64,000 nt of DNA from a virus. The DNA lies in IMG/VR virus record IMGVR_UViG_3300034683_000142, positions 1-64,000 of that record; one strand, 5' to 3'. This document shows, piece by piece, positions 36,844-48,900 of the stretch (position 1 is the first letter of the stretch; the number at the start of each line of letters is the position of its first letter). The notes under the pieces were generated by a model. The model had not been told where the DNA came from, searched no databases, and saw only the letters and a program-made list of their open reading frames with translations. Made by a program: the position numbers and the translations under genes.

Positions 36844-38092
36844 TATTATAAATAACGGATATATAAATCCGTACTATCAATCTTATTTACCTCCTACTAG
36901 ATTTGATAATCCGTCTGCTTTAATAGAGGATAACAATAAAAAATGAATGTCTAATATACTAAAAATGCCAAAAGATTTATTTGGTAATACAGTATCTAAT
37001 AATTTATTTGGACAAAGTGTATCAACTGTTCCAGCTAATAATAATAATCTTACTTCTGGATTAACTTCTTATTTAGCTGGACAAGCTGCTAGCCAAGTTA
37101 CTAAAAATCCTAGTATATTATCAGATTTAGGTAAATTTCTAGGAGGTAACTTTAGTAAGTTGCTTGGACAAGGAGGAACTGATGTTGTAAAAAATTTAAC
37201 CAATTTCTCAACATTTAGTCCAAATGGGTTAATTAGTGTAGGAGGTAGTTTAGCTGGAATTGGTTTGGAAGCATTAGGAGTAAATAAAGCTAATTCAAAT
37301 AATCTTAGTGGTTTTGATAAAGTATTAGGATTTGCTTCAAAGTTACCAATACCAAATCCTGTAGTATCAGGTGTACTAACTGGAGCTAATTTAATAAATC
37401 AGTATGCTGGAAAAACTTCTAAGAAACAAGGTACTGCTGATATGGGAAGTATATTAGGATATGGACAAGCTGATGTAAATCAAAATGCAAATACTAAATA
37501 TACTTTATCTGATACTGTAAAAGGATGATTTGGAAAAAGTAAAAGAGAAAAAACTAATGATTTAACTAAGTATTATGATGCTTCTAATATATTAAAATCA
37601 ATTCCTGGATATGATTATTTACAAAATATGAGAGCTGCTAATAACTCAGTATCTCATATAAGTCAAAGGAATTTACAGCAACTTTATGGAGGAGTTTCTA
37701 CTAATATGTTAGTTGCTAGAAAAGGCACAAAGTTACATCTTAGAAGAATAATTGATAAAGCATCTCCTCATAATGTTATACCAGACGGAGCTTTTCACTC
37801 TAGAAAAAATAATTTGCCAGAAGAAATATCTGAACAAGTAACTTCTAAAGGTATCCCTGTAATAACAGAAGAAGATGGTGGTAAAATAAAGCAACATGCT
37901 GAAATAGAAAGGAATGAGATTATATTTCATAAAGGAGCTACTGATAAAATAGAACATTTTCTATCTTTATATAATAAAGCAGAAGACCAAAAAGAGAAAG
38001 ATAGAATAGCTACTGAATGTGGTAAGTATATAGCACATGAAATATTGTTAAATACTAAAGATAATACTGGTTTAATTGATAACATTAAATAA
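36836..38092 (+). CDS. Cargo/ejection-type protein, 418 aa
   Basis: ATG 36836 joins ORFs 36947 and 37628 via two TGAs. Gly-rich amphipathic N-half; NVIPDGAFHSRKN...KGIPVI...HAEIERNEIIF. Confidence 0.7.
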
Positions 38093-38093
38093 T

Positions 38094-38312
38094 ATGGATT
38101 ATTTAGCAAGTTATAAAGCAGAAGAATATAAAAGAAAATATAAAAAAGGTGGTAAAATTCACATAAAGCCAGAAAATAAAGGTAAGTTTACTGATTATTG
38201 TGGTGGGAAGGTTACTGCTGAATGTATAGCTAGAGGCAAAAGAAGTCCTGATCCTAAGATTAGAAAAAGAGCCACTTTTGCTCAAAATGCTAGAAAATGG
38301 AATCATAAATAA
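38094..38312 (+). CDS. Small basic crAss-type protein, 72 aa
   Basis: IHIKPENKGKFT...RKRATFAQNARKW motif. Confidence 0.7.
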   Translation: MDYLASYKAEEYKRKYKKGGKIHIKPENKGKFTDYCGGKVTAECIARGKRSPDPKIRKRATFAQNARKWNHK

Positions 38313-38321
38313 TAAAAAATA

Positions 38322-39491
38322 ATGGAACAAACTAATACTGTTAAAGCATCCTTATTCGACTTATTAGATAATTATAGAAAAAAGATTTTTAAAGAAAATC
38401 CTGAAGAGAGTCCTAAAGAAGAAAATACAATATTACGTAGTAATATATCTGGGCCAGAAGAATATGAGAAAGCTTGACAAGAGTATTTAAAAATTAATCC
38501 AGAAGCATCTCAGTATAAAGACATTCTTACTAGGATAGCTAAAAAAGAAAGTAGTTTTAGAAATATACAGAATACTGCTGGTGCTCCTGCATATGGGTAT
38601 TTTCAGTTATGAGAGACTAATCTTGGTGGATTAAAACCACAAGAAGTTCTAGCTAATCCAGTAAAACAAATAGATTTAGCAGTAAATTTATTACAAAACA
38701 ATAGAAAATCTCTAACTAAAGAAGATTTAGAAAAGCTATCTGAATTTGGTTATACTCCAGAAGGAGCAGATTTTGCTATGTGGCTTGGTGGTTATGGAGG
38801 ATTAAAGAAATATCTCTATAAGGGTATAGACAGTTCTGATTCTAAGTATTATGGTGGAAAAGGAGGATCTTCTGTAGGTAAATACATAAGAATGGCTAAA
38901 AAAGGAGGTCAGTTTAGAGATATTGAGCTTATTGAATTAGCAGGAAAAGAATACTATGTAGAAATAGTAGAAGATGAGGAAGATAAAGTTATTGGATTAT
39001 CAAATAGAGATTCTTTACCAGAAGATGAAGGAATGCTATTTATAATAAATGATGATGAAAAAGATAGTAATGGAAGAGTATTGTTTACTATGGAAGACAC
39101 TAAGATACCGCTAGATATTATCTTTTTAGATAATGATCTTAGAGTAACTCAAGTTTCTAAAGGAAAGCCTATGTCACCTAAACCAATATATGGAAAGGGA
39201 GACTATGTATTAGAAGTAAATAGTGGATCTGGAGCTAAAATAGGGGATGATTTAGAATTTATTTCTGATTTAGAAGTAAATAAAAAAATGATAGTTTTAG
39301 ATCCAGAGGGTAAACCACAAATGATATTAGATGGCGGTGAGAGAATAATGAGTATTGATAATACTAAGGTATTGATAAAGTTTGCTAAAAAAGCAACTTC
39401 TTCAAATAATGATAATGATTATAAGTCTCTTGGAAAAAGAGTATTTAAGTTTATAGAGATACAAGATAACACTCCAGCAGAGTATGTGTAA
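38322..39491 (+). CDS. Lytic transglycosylase-like domain fused to DUF192-like domain, 389 aa
   Basis: ATG 38322 in frame with 38778 through 2 TGAs. IAKKESSF...AYGYFQL (lysozyme-like SLT), then GLSNRDSLPEDEGMLF...MEDTKIPLDIIF...YVLEVNSG (DUF192). Confidence 0.75.
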
Positions 39492-39512
39492 ATTAATTAA
39501 TTAAAACTAAAA

Positions 39513-39752
39513 ATGAGAGTAAAATTACAACAGGGTGGCCAAATGCCACAGGATGCTCCTCAGGGTGCTCCACAGGAACAACAAGCTTCTCCAGAAGAAC
39601 AGATAGCTATGATGGCTCAGGAAATAGTAAGACAATTAGGCCCTGATGGTGCTGCATTGTTAGCTCAAGCTATTATGTCTATTTTACAACAGGCACCACA
39701 GCAAGCTCCTGCTTATGCAAGGAAGGGTGGAAAATTAGTAAGAATTGGGTAG
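39513..39752 (+). CDS. Small Gln/Ala-rich protein, 79 aa
   Basis: Intact ORF flanked by KLQQGG and ARKGGKL motifs. Confidence 0.7.
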   Translation: MRVKLQQGGQMPQDAPQGAPQEQQASPEEQIAMMAQEIVRQLGPDGAALLAQAIMSILQQAPQQAPAYARKGGKLVRIG

Positions 39753-39758
39753 CTAACT

Positions 39759-39796
39759 AATAAAGAGAAGGCTATATTAGTCTTCTCTTTATTTTT
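39759..39796 (+). terminator. Intrinsic terminator (possibly bidirectional)
   Basis: AATAAAGAGAAGGCT ATATT AGTCTTCTCTTTATT followed by T tract. Confidence 0.8.
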
Positions 39797-39810
39797 AATT
39801 TATTAATAAA

Positions 39811-42800
39811 ATGGGATTAGTAAAAAAATATGATAATGGAGGTAGTTTTGCAGATTATGTTAAAGAAAGGCTTGCTAAAGGGGACTTACCTTTAACTAAT
39901 AAATCTTATCCGATAATTAATCAGAGACTACAAAGCTTTGATGGAAGCACTGTTTCTGGTAATGTTAAAAAGAATTGGGCAGGTCAAATAGTTGCTAATA
40001 CTCCAGAAGAAGCTGATGCTTTTCTTGCGAATTTATATCAAGATTACAAAAAAATTACCTCTAACGTATCCCCAATAACTCCTAAAGAAGGATGAGGGCC
40101 AGTAGAAAGATCTATAGGTGATTTAGCTACATATGTAGCTAATAAAGACTTTGGTGGAAATACAGAATACGCAGCTCAAGAAATAGCAAAAATGAAAGAT
40201 AACAATCAAGTTAAAAGGTATGTTGCAAAACATGCTAAAGACTTGCTTAGTGATTATATAAATAAAGCTGCACAAAATCCATCTGACAATTGAAGAGACT
40301 TAGACAAAGTTAAAAATATATACTCTAATATAGCTAATATTGATTATAATAATCTAACAGACGATGATTGGGATAAATTAAAAGCATGGACTAATCAATT
40401 AGATTGGCAAACAGGTAGATTTCTTATACCAGATACAGAATTAGCTAGAAGAGAGGAAGAAACTAAAGCTAAAGAAGAAGCTGAAAAAATAAATAATATA
40501 TCTAATACTTTAAAAGATATAGGTATTACAGATGAAAATGTACAAAATTACTTGTATCAATCTGGATATACTAAACCAGCTGATAATTTAAATCCTTACC
40601 TAAGTAATTATCTTAAAAGTAAAAATTATACTGCATTAACAAATGGACAAGGATATAAGATAATAGGTAATAATAATTTAGTAACTAATGAATCTGGATT
40701 ACTTACAACTGATGTTTTATCTCCAGACTATGGAAAAACTTTTTCTATAGTAAATGGTGACCTAATAATACACGAAAAAGGTGTAAGACCAGAGAATTTT
40801 AAATTACCAGAATTTCCTGATGAAGGAGATGTATCTAAACAGCTAATATTTAAACAAGATATACCTGAGTTTAGTTCACAAGAAGGATGGATAGCTTATG
40901 GAGATTCTGGTAGTTCACTAAAAGGTGAAACTGCTAGAGATGAATTTGGTAGAAGAGATTTTCTAAAAAATATAATTTTTATCAATAAAGATAAAAAACA
41001 ACTGATTAGGGCTATTAGACAAGATGATGGTACTTATAAAACTCCAACTGGAGTTATTAAAATACCAGAAATTGAACGATTTGGTTCAACAATAAGATTT
41101 GAACCAAGATCTGAAGATGTATTATGGAATAATCCTACATTACCACTTAAAAATATACCGTTACGTGTGCTACCAAAATATAACAAACCAGGATATCTTG
41201 AAAAAGTATTAAAGGACTTATCTGAAATAGAGCAAGCTTTAGATAATAGCATTAATAAAGAAAATGATGCAGATATAAATCAAAAGAAATTAAAAGAAAT
41301 TGCTCAAGCTTTAAAGTATTATGGAGTATATGGCAATCCTGAACAAAAGAGAATTGCTGATCAAAATTCTGCAAAACTTAGTAAAATAGCTGCAATTACA
41401 AATCCAGAAGGCAAAAAATTATTTTCTTTATACAAGAAAGGTGGAATACTAAAAGCACAAAATGGAGATACTCTAGAAAATATAGTAAAAACTAATAGAC
41501 AGTATGCTATAAATACACAGCCTACTACTAATAAAGCTGCAACACAGCCACTTGTTATTAAAGGAGTAAAAGATACTTCAAGAGCAATAAAGAATGCTGA
41601 TGCTTTAGATATTGTATCATTAGCTGGATCTACAGCATCCTTTATTCCTGGACTTGGGGTAATAGGTGGACTAGTCTCAACTGGTGCTGATGCTATAAAA
41701 GGATATAAAGAAGGATGGGATAGACAAGATACTATGAATTTATTTGGTAATCTAGGATTTACTTTATTAGCTGGATTAGGCTTTGGTGCAGCAAAAGCTG
41801 GAAAAGTAGCTAAGCAAGCTAAAACTGTTTATAAAGGAGCAAAAAGTTTAGACCAAGCAGAAGACTTAGTAAAAATGGCTAAAAATCTAGGAGGTGCAGA
41901 TGAAGTTGTTAAGTCAGCTGAAAATCTTACAAAGGTTGGAAAAAATCTAGGAGAAGATGTTAAACTAAGTAAGTTTATAAACAGTAATAAAGCATTTAAA
42001 GATACAAAGAAAGTAGAAAAACTAAATGATGCTCTTAAATCTGCTGGATATTCTGAAGCTAGAAATTCAGAGGAATTGTGACAAGTATTAGGTAGAGATT
42101 TAGATAATGTAGCTGATTTAGCAAAGTTAAAACAAAGTACAATTGTTAATGAAACTAGAGAAGCTATAGAAGGTGCTAAAAAGGCAGGAAACTTTGTAAT
42201 AAACAAAAGCTCTGGTGTAGCAAAAACAATTCTTCCATTATATACAGGGTATGCTGGAATTACAGGTGCTGGAAATTTGGTATCTAATGTAAGAGAAGAT
42301 GGTTTAGCTGGTGTAGGAAATACTTCAATAGATGATATTAGAAGTATGATACAGTTAGGAGGTTTATCAAGAATAGGTTATAAAAACAGACAATATTCTA
42401 CTTCTAGAAATTTAAATACTCATGTAGTAGGTGGAACTACTCCTGAAACTACTATAAAAGTAGATGGTAAATCATTTAAAGTAGAAGGTGATGTAAGACA
42501 AAAAGGACTAAATAAAGGAATAAATGTTTTAGGCAAGAAAACTGTTTTTGCTGGTAAATCACAAGAAGCTAAAAAAGAATTTCTAGAAAAGGTAAAGAAA
42601 AATTTATCCGATAAAGATAAGGAAGCTTTAGAAAAAATACTCAATAAAGAATCTATAGGTAAGATAGAATTTGAATTTTCTCCAAGTACAGGAGGCACTG
42701 TTGTACTAAATGATGCTCCTACATCTCTTAAATATAAAGATGTTAAGTCTTATAATATAGCTAAGAAGCAATTAGAAGGAGGATATAGTCAATATGGTAC

Positions 42801-44058
42801 TATTGGAAGGCTGCTTAATAAAAAAGTTCCTAAGAAAGATATAGGCGGTTTATTGAGTATTTTAGGAGACAGTAAAAAACAATATAAATTATCTTATGAT
42901 AATCCATTATCTAATAAATCTTGGTATAAAGGGTTAAATAGTAATACAAATACATTTGAGAATATGTATTCTAGAATAAATTTACCAAAAACTTTATCAG
43001 ATACTAGGAATAATACAAGTACTAATACATTTGAACAATTTACTCCAGTTCCATATACTAAAAAACCATATAAAGATTTAGGATTGTTCTTTAACACTTT
43101 ACAATATGGGCTTACCAATTTATATAATGATAAGTCAACAAATTTACAAGTAAGAGCAGCTACTGAAATTCCTAAGTTAAGTACTATGGATTATACTTAT
43201 TTAAAAACAAGTACTCCATATAGTAATTATGCTTCTAAGCAAGCAGCAGAAATGAGGGGATATGGTAACAGGTTAGGAACTTCTATAGCTGATATAGATA
43301 AAGCAAATGCTTATAGGTTACAAGCTAATAAACAAGCATCAGATACCGAACTTCAAGGCAAGTATAGAGATATAGATATGAATACTAAAATAACTAGTCA
43401 GCAAGCTGATTTAAATAGTAGGGTAAATACTTATAATACAGATATTATGAATAAAATATCTGCGCTTGGTTCTCAGGCTAGAAGTAATGTATATAAACTA
43501 TATGCTAATAATGCTGCTGTAAAAAATGCTAATATTCAAAATTTATTAAGATATTTAACATATAGTTCAGCTGAAAGACCTTATAAAGAGGCTTCATGGA
43601 ATTATATGCAAGAAACTCTTAATCCTAATATTATGAATGCTTATAACTATGAGCAGAAGTTGAATGGAGAGATATTAGATGACTTTAAAAAGGAGTATGA
43701 TGAGTATTATGGTAAATTAGAAAAAACATCTCCAGAATATCTTAATAGACCTAAGTTTGAAGACTCTCCTGGGGGTAGAAAATATAAAGAAGTAAAAGAT
43801 GCTCATCAAAACTTAATAAATTCTTTAAATACTAATTTACTTACTTTACAAAGAGGAGTAGCAGCAGTATCTCCATATGGTATGGCAACAACTCCATACT
43901 ATGCAAGAGGTGGCACTTTAAATCTTGGTGAAAGAATTGTATTAGAGAATGTTAAAACTTCTAATAGAAAAGCTCTAAAACGTGAAGAAATGTTTTATAG
44001 GCAACTTTTAAATAATAATAAGTTAGTACAAGCAGCCTTAATAAAAGTGTTTAAATAA
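39811..44058 (+). CDS. Large cargo/ejection protein, 1415 aa, with hydrophobic Gly-rich hairpin
   Basis: ORFs 39811, 40552 and 42277 in one frame joined by TGA. IVSLAGSTASFIPGLGVIGGLV...LGFTLLAGLGFGAA segment. No Cys. Confidence 0.75.
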
Positions 44059-45956
44059 TGAAGTATAAAAAATTACAACAAGGGGGATTACTTGTGTATC
44101 AACCCACAATTGTCCCATCATCTAGTATGCCAGCAGCTCAAAGTGGAGCTGTTGGCTCTACTGGTAATAAGAGTAGTATATTAGATGATGATATAGTAAA
44201 ACAATTATCTGGGGTAGAAGGATTAACTAATGATACTAATGCCTTAATCTCCCAATTAGCACAACTAGAATCATCTTCAAATCCTTTCTTAAGTAGGCAA
44301 AATAGAACAAAAGCATTAGCTATTATAGGAAGAATTAATGAGCTTAAACAAAATAAGTTTATGTGAGAAAAATCTTATAATACGGCTAAAGAATCTAAGG
44401 GCTTAAATGAAGTTGCTGTTGGAGATCTTGGAGAAATGTATGTAAAGGATAGTGAAGGAAATATAAAAGCAATTACTCCAGAAGAATATAAGAAGAATAC
44501 AGATAGATATAGAGCTATGTCAGTAGCAGAATTGCTTGAAGAAAGAAATTCTAACCCAAATCTTACTGGAAAAAATGAAATATTTAATATAGCTAATAAT
44601 TCTATTGGTATGGAAGAAATATCTAAATATGCCAATAGCATAGTAGCTGCTTTAGGTAAAGAAACAATAAAAGCTGCAAAAATATATGATAGAGACAGTT
44701 TAGCATCTGCTTTAGATCAGTCTGGAAAAGATATTCAATTAACAGGAAGAAAAGCTACAAATGAAGAATTACAGGGATTAGCTATACTAGAGTCTATGAA
44801 AGATAGTCCCTCTAATTATAATAAAGTTATTACCGAATCTAGTACAGAAAGAAATCATGTTTTAAAAGCAGCAAAATATATATGATCTACATTAAATAAT
44901 AGTGCTCAAAAGAAATTATCTGTTCAAGCAGCTTTAAACAATACTGATCCAACTAACTTATTAGTTGATTTAATAGTATTTGGAAGTGATGTTTCTAAGG
45001 ATACTGATATTGTTCCTATAAAAGGAGGTGCTGGTTCAGGGTCTGGTTCTGGTGAAAGTTTAACTCATGCTACTCGTTTATCACCATTTGAAATGTTTAT
45101 AAGAGGTACTTTAAGTTCTGGAGCTACTATGAAATTTAACGATCCAGAATTTGCAGCTAAATATGAAGGACTGCTATTTGGACAAATGCCTTTAGTAACA
45201 CCTAAAGGTGATCCTATTGGCCCAACAATTTTAGAAAATGTTCTTAAAAATGGAGAATATGAAAAGTATGTAGATAGAAATAATATATACTTTGGTAATA
45301 ATAAAGTAAACATATGAAATACTAAAGAAATAGCTTTAGACGGTGGTTCCGAAGTAGCTCATGTTTTGTTACCAGTAGATAATAGTGGTAAACCAACCCA
45401 AGAATCACTAGAATCGTTTAGAAATGTTATGGATATCTACAACAAAAATAAAGATACTATGTCACCAGTAGAGATACAAAAACTATTCAATCAACATAGA
45501 TTTGATGTAACTGTGGATACAAATAAAAATGTAAAAGCTAGAATGATTGGAGGAAATGTGAAACCATTCTTGATAACATGAGGATATACGACTGCCGCAG
45601 TTGATGACTTAGTAACCAACAATTTAAACTATAATAATGGAGGTCTTAGAAAAATTGAAAGTTCTGAAAAAGATGGTATTTGGCCTATATTAAAACAAGC
45701 CTGGACTGTAAAAGAAGGTAATAAAGTTAAAGTTAAAGATCCAAAAAGTTTTATGAAACAAGACCATGTATATAAAGGAATAATATTTATGCCACTTGTA
45801 CAGAGTGCCGATGCAATAGCCTCAAGTTATGCTGGGCATGGGCCACTTAAACCAGCTTATACAGAAGAAGATGTTATGTATCATGTTCAAAATAAATCAG
45901 GAACAAATTTTGTTCCATCAACAATAGAAGATATGGAGGATTCGTATGAATGATAA
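44058..45956 (+). CDS. Cargo protein, 632 aa
   Basis: Five track ORFs in one frame; TAATG start; ends TGA-TAA. Confidence 0.75.
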
Positions 45957-48900
45957 TTTGCCTAAAATAGAGACTAAGTCTGGAATAGTAAATGATATGT
46001 TTTTAGCTACTATTAAAAATCCTAATGCTACTACATATGATTTTTTAAATAATAATGTAAATCCTCTAAATACAAGGTTATTAGATAGAGACGCATATAG
46101 GGATAAATCTGTAATAAAAGCACAGTTTACTAGACCAGATGGTAAATTTGATGAAGCAGCTTTTAATGCAGCTTATAATAAAGCTTTATTTAATTATAAT
46201 CAGATATCTAATGAAGAAGCTATAAAGAATCTGGACGATGTTAAATATAATCCATTTAGTGTAACTAGGCCAAAAGAAGCTAAAGTTTGGGATGTAAAAA
46301 TTGAATTTTCTGAAGACATAAATCCATTTAAACAGTTATATAGTAGAGATTGGGTAAACTCAGTTACAGACAATCCTTTAAGTCCAACAGAAATAGCTCA
46401 ATCTGGAAAGATATTAGATACCAGAACTGGTGAATGGCTAGATTCTGCTAATAAGAAAAATATATTTGATAAATTTTTTGGTGAAACTTTAGTATATGCC
46501 CAATGGGATGAAGATGGTGTACATACTGATCCTATAACTGGAAATACTGTAAATCATAAAAAAGGTGATTGAAAATTTGATCCAGATGGAAACTTATATC
46601 TAGAAACTCTTGGAGATAGAGAAGTGTATGGAAAACAAGTTGTTAGTCCTACTGATATTTTAACAACTGATGGAAGTGTATTTAATAAATTTGATTTTCT
46701 GGATTCAGATGGAAGAACTAAATCTGTAGGAAAAGTAGCTGCTAAAGCTGTTGCAGAAGTAGCTCCTTTACTTATACCAGGACTAAATACTTGGTATGCT
46801 GGGACAAGAGCAGCTGTTAGTCTAGCTTCTGTACTTCCTACCTTTTATAAATCTTTAGAAGGATTATTAATCGGTGATGAAGAAAGCATATTTACAGATC
46901 CAGTTACCAAAGCTGAAGGATGGTTGGCTAAATTTAATCAAAGTAGTAAATCTGAAGAAGCTTCTAGAAGTTTCTGAAATCTAGAGCAAATGTCTGATAT
47001 GGTAACTAGTGTATTCTCTCAGATTTATGAACAGAGAGCTATGGCTAGTCTATCTAGATTATTAATGAAGCCTGACAAACTTTTAGATAAAAGAACTGCT
47101 GAATTACAAAATCTTATGTCTAAAAAAGCTTATGAAGCATCTACAAAATATGGTATTGATGCTAAAGAAGCTATAAGAAATGCAGTACAAGATTTACCTG
47201 AATTACAGGAATTATATAGAAAGCAATCCCAGTTTGCAAAGGCTTTAAGTCTTGGATATATGGCATTAACCTCAACAGGTAATGTGTATGGGCAAGCTAT
47301 AGATTCTGGATATGATAGAAGAACTGCTGGATTTGCATCTTTATTAACAGCTGCTGGTCAATATGGTATTATGATGAATAATAGAATGGGTGATTGGTTC
47401 TTGGATAAGACTACAGGCTATTCTATTGGAGTAAATAATGCTTTAATGAATAAAGCTATAAAACCATATCTTGAACAGACAGATGATATACTTAAAAATT
47501 CAGGATTAAGTATAGCAGCAAAGAGAACTAAACTTGCAGAGCTATCTACTAAATTCAAAAGGAATTTAGACAATATGTTTACTGGCCCTTCAGTACTAGG
47601 AGAAGCAATGTTTAGAAATGCTATGATTGAAGGTGCAGAAGAGGTTACTGAGCAAATGGTTCAGGATGCTACTCAAGGTATAATAGATGTTATGGGTTAT
47701 CTAGGATTGACTAAAGAAAGAGGAAATTTAAGGATAGCTGAAAAATATACTAGTGGAGAATTCTTACAAGAATACCTAGCTAACTTCATTGGAGGTGTTT
47801 TAGGTGGAGGATTGTTTGAATTGGAGAGATTTAAAATTAATCCTTGATTATCCAATGATAATAAATCTGTAAGTAATGAAACTAAAAAAGAATTAATTGA
47901 ACTTATAGCTGGAGGTCATAAGGAAGAACTTAAAGATATGATTAGAAAAGAAAGTAAAAAACTTACTAATGATTTCTTATCATACGTTACAGAGGATGGT
48001 GAATTTAAACCAAAAGAGAGTGTATCTCAAGCTGATGCCGTAGCTAACCTAGTTATAGGTATGGTTGATCAGTTAGATACTGTTTTAAATTCTGAAGGAT
48101 TAAATCTTACCGATGAACAAATAATTGATAAAGCTATACGTACTAAAGTTATATTAGACAGATTTGAAGAGCTTAAATCAGATGATAAACCATTTGGTAT
48201 AGAAGCTTTAGTTCTTGACGATCTAAAGAATACAATGGTTAAAATAGCTCCACTAAAAGCAGAAATAATGAATCTTGAGAAAGATCCAGAAAATAATAAG
48301 GAGCAAATAAAACTTAAGAGAGAAGAACTTAAAGGATATTCTAGTAGAGTTAATGACATATTGGAAGGTAAGCTAGGCATGGAGTATTTTAACCAATTGC
48401 TTATGTTACTTGATAAACCTATAATATCTAAATATGGATCTTTCGATAGAGACACATATACAAAAGCAGTTTATAAGAAAAGTTATGATGAATTACCAGA
48501 AACTGGCATAGTAACTAAAGAATCAGTTAATAAAGAATGACAAGATTATATAGACTCAACTGATATTAAGAGTAAGTTAAAAACTGCTACAAATGCTTTC
48601 TTAAATAATGAAAAACTAATAAATCCAATAATAGCTCAATATCATGATACTGGATATTCTGTAGAAAGGAGTAAAGTATATAAAGATGTAATTGATTTAG
48701 CTAAAACAGCTTATCTATTTCATAACTCTAATCCCCAAGAAAAGCAAAAATGATTTACTCATTTTATAGATGTGATGAATAATCTAGAATCAAGAGGAAC
48801 TACTAAAGTAGGAGCATGGGATGTCTATAAAACTAGTATATTTGATGAATTTCTTAATAACTCAATGATAAAAAGAGTTGATTATGGTATAGATAATGAG

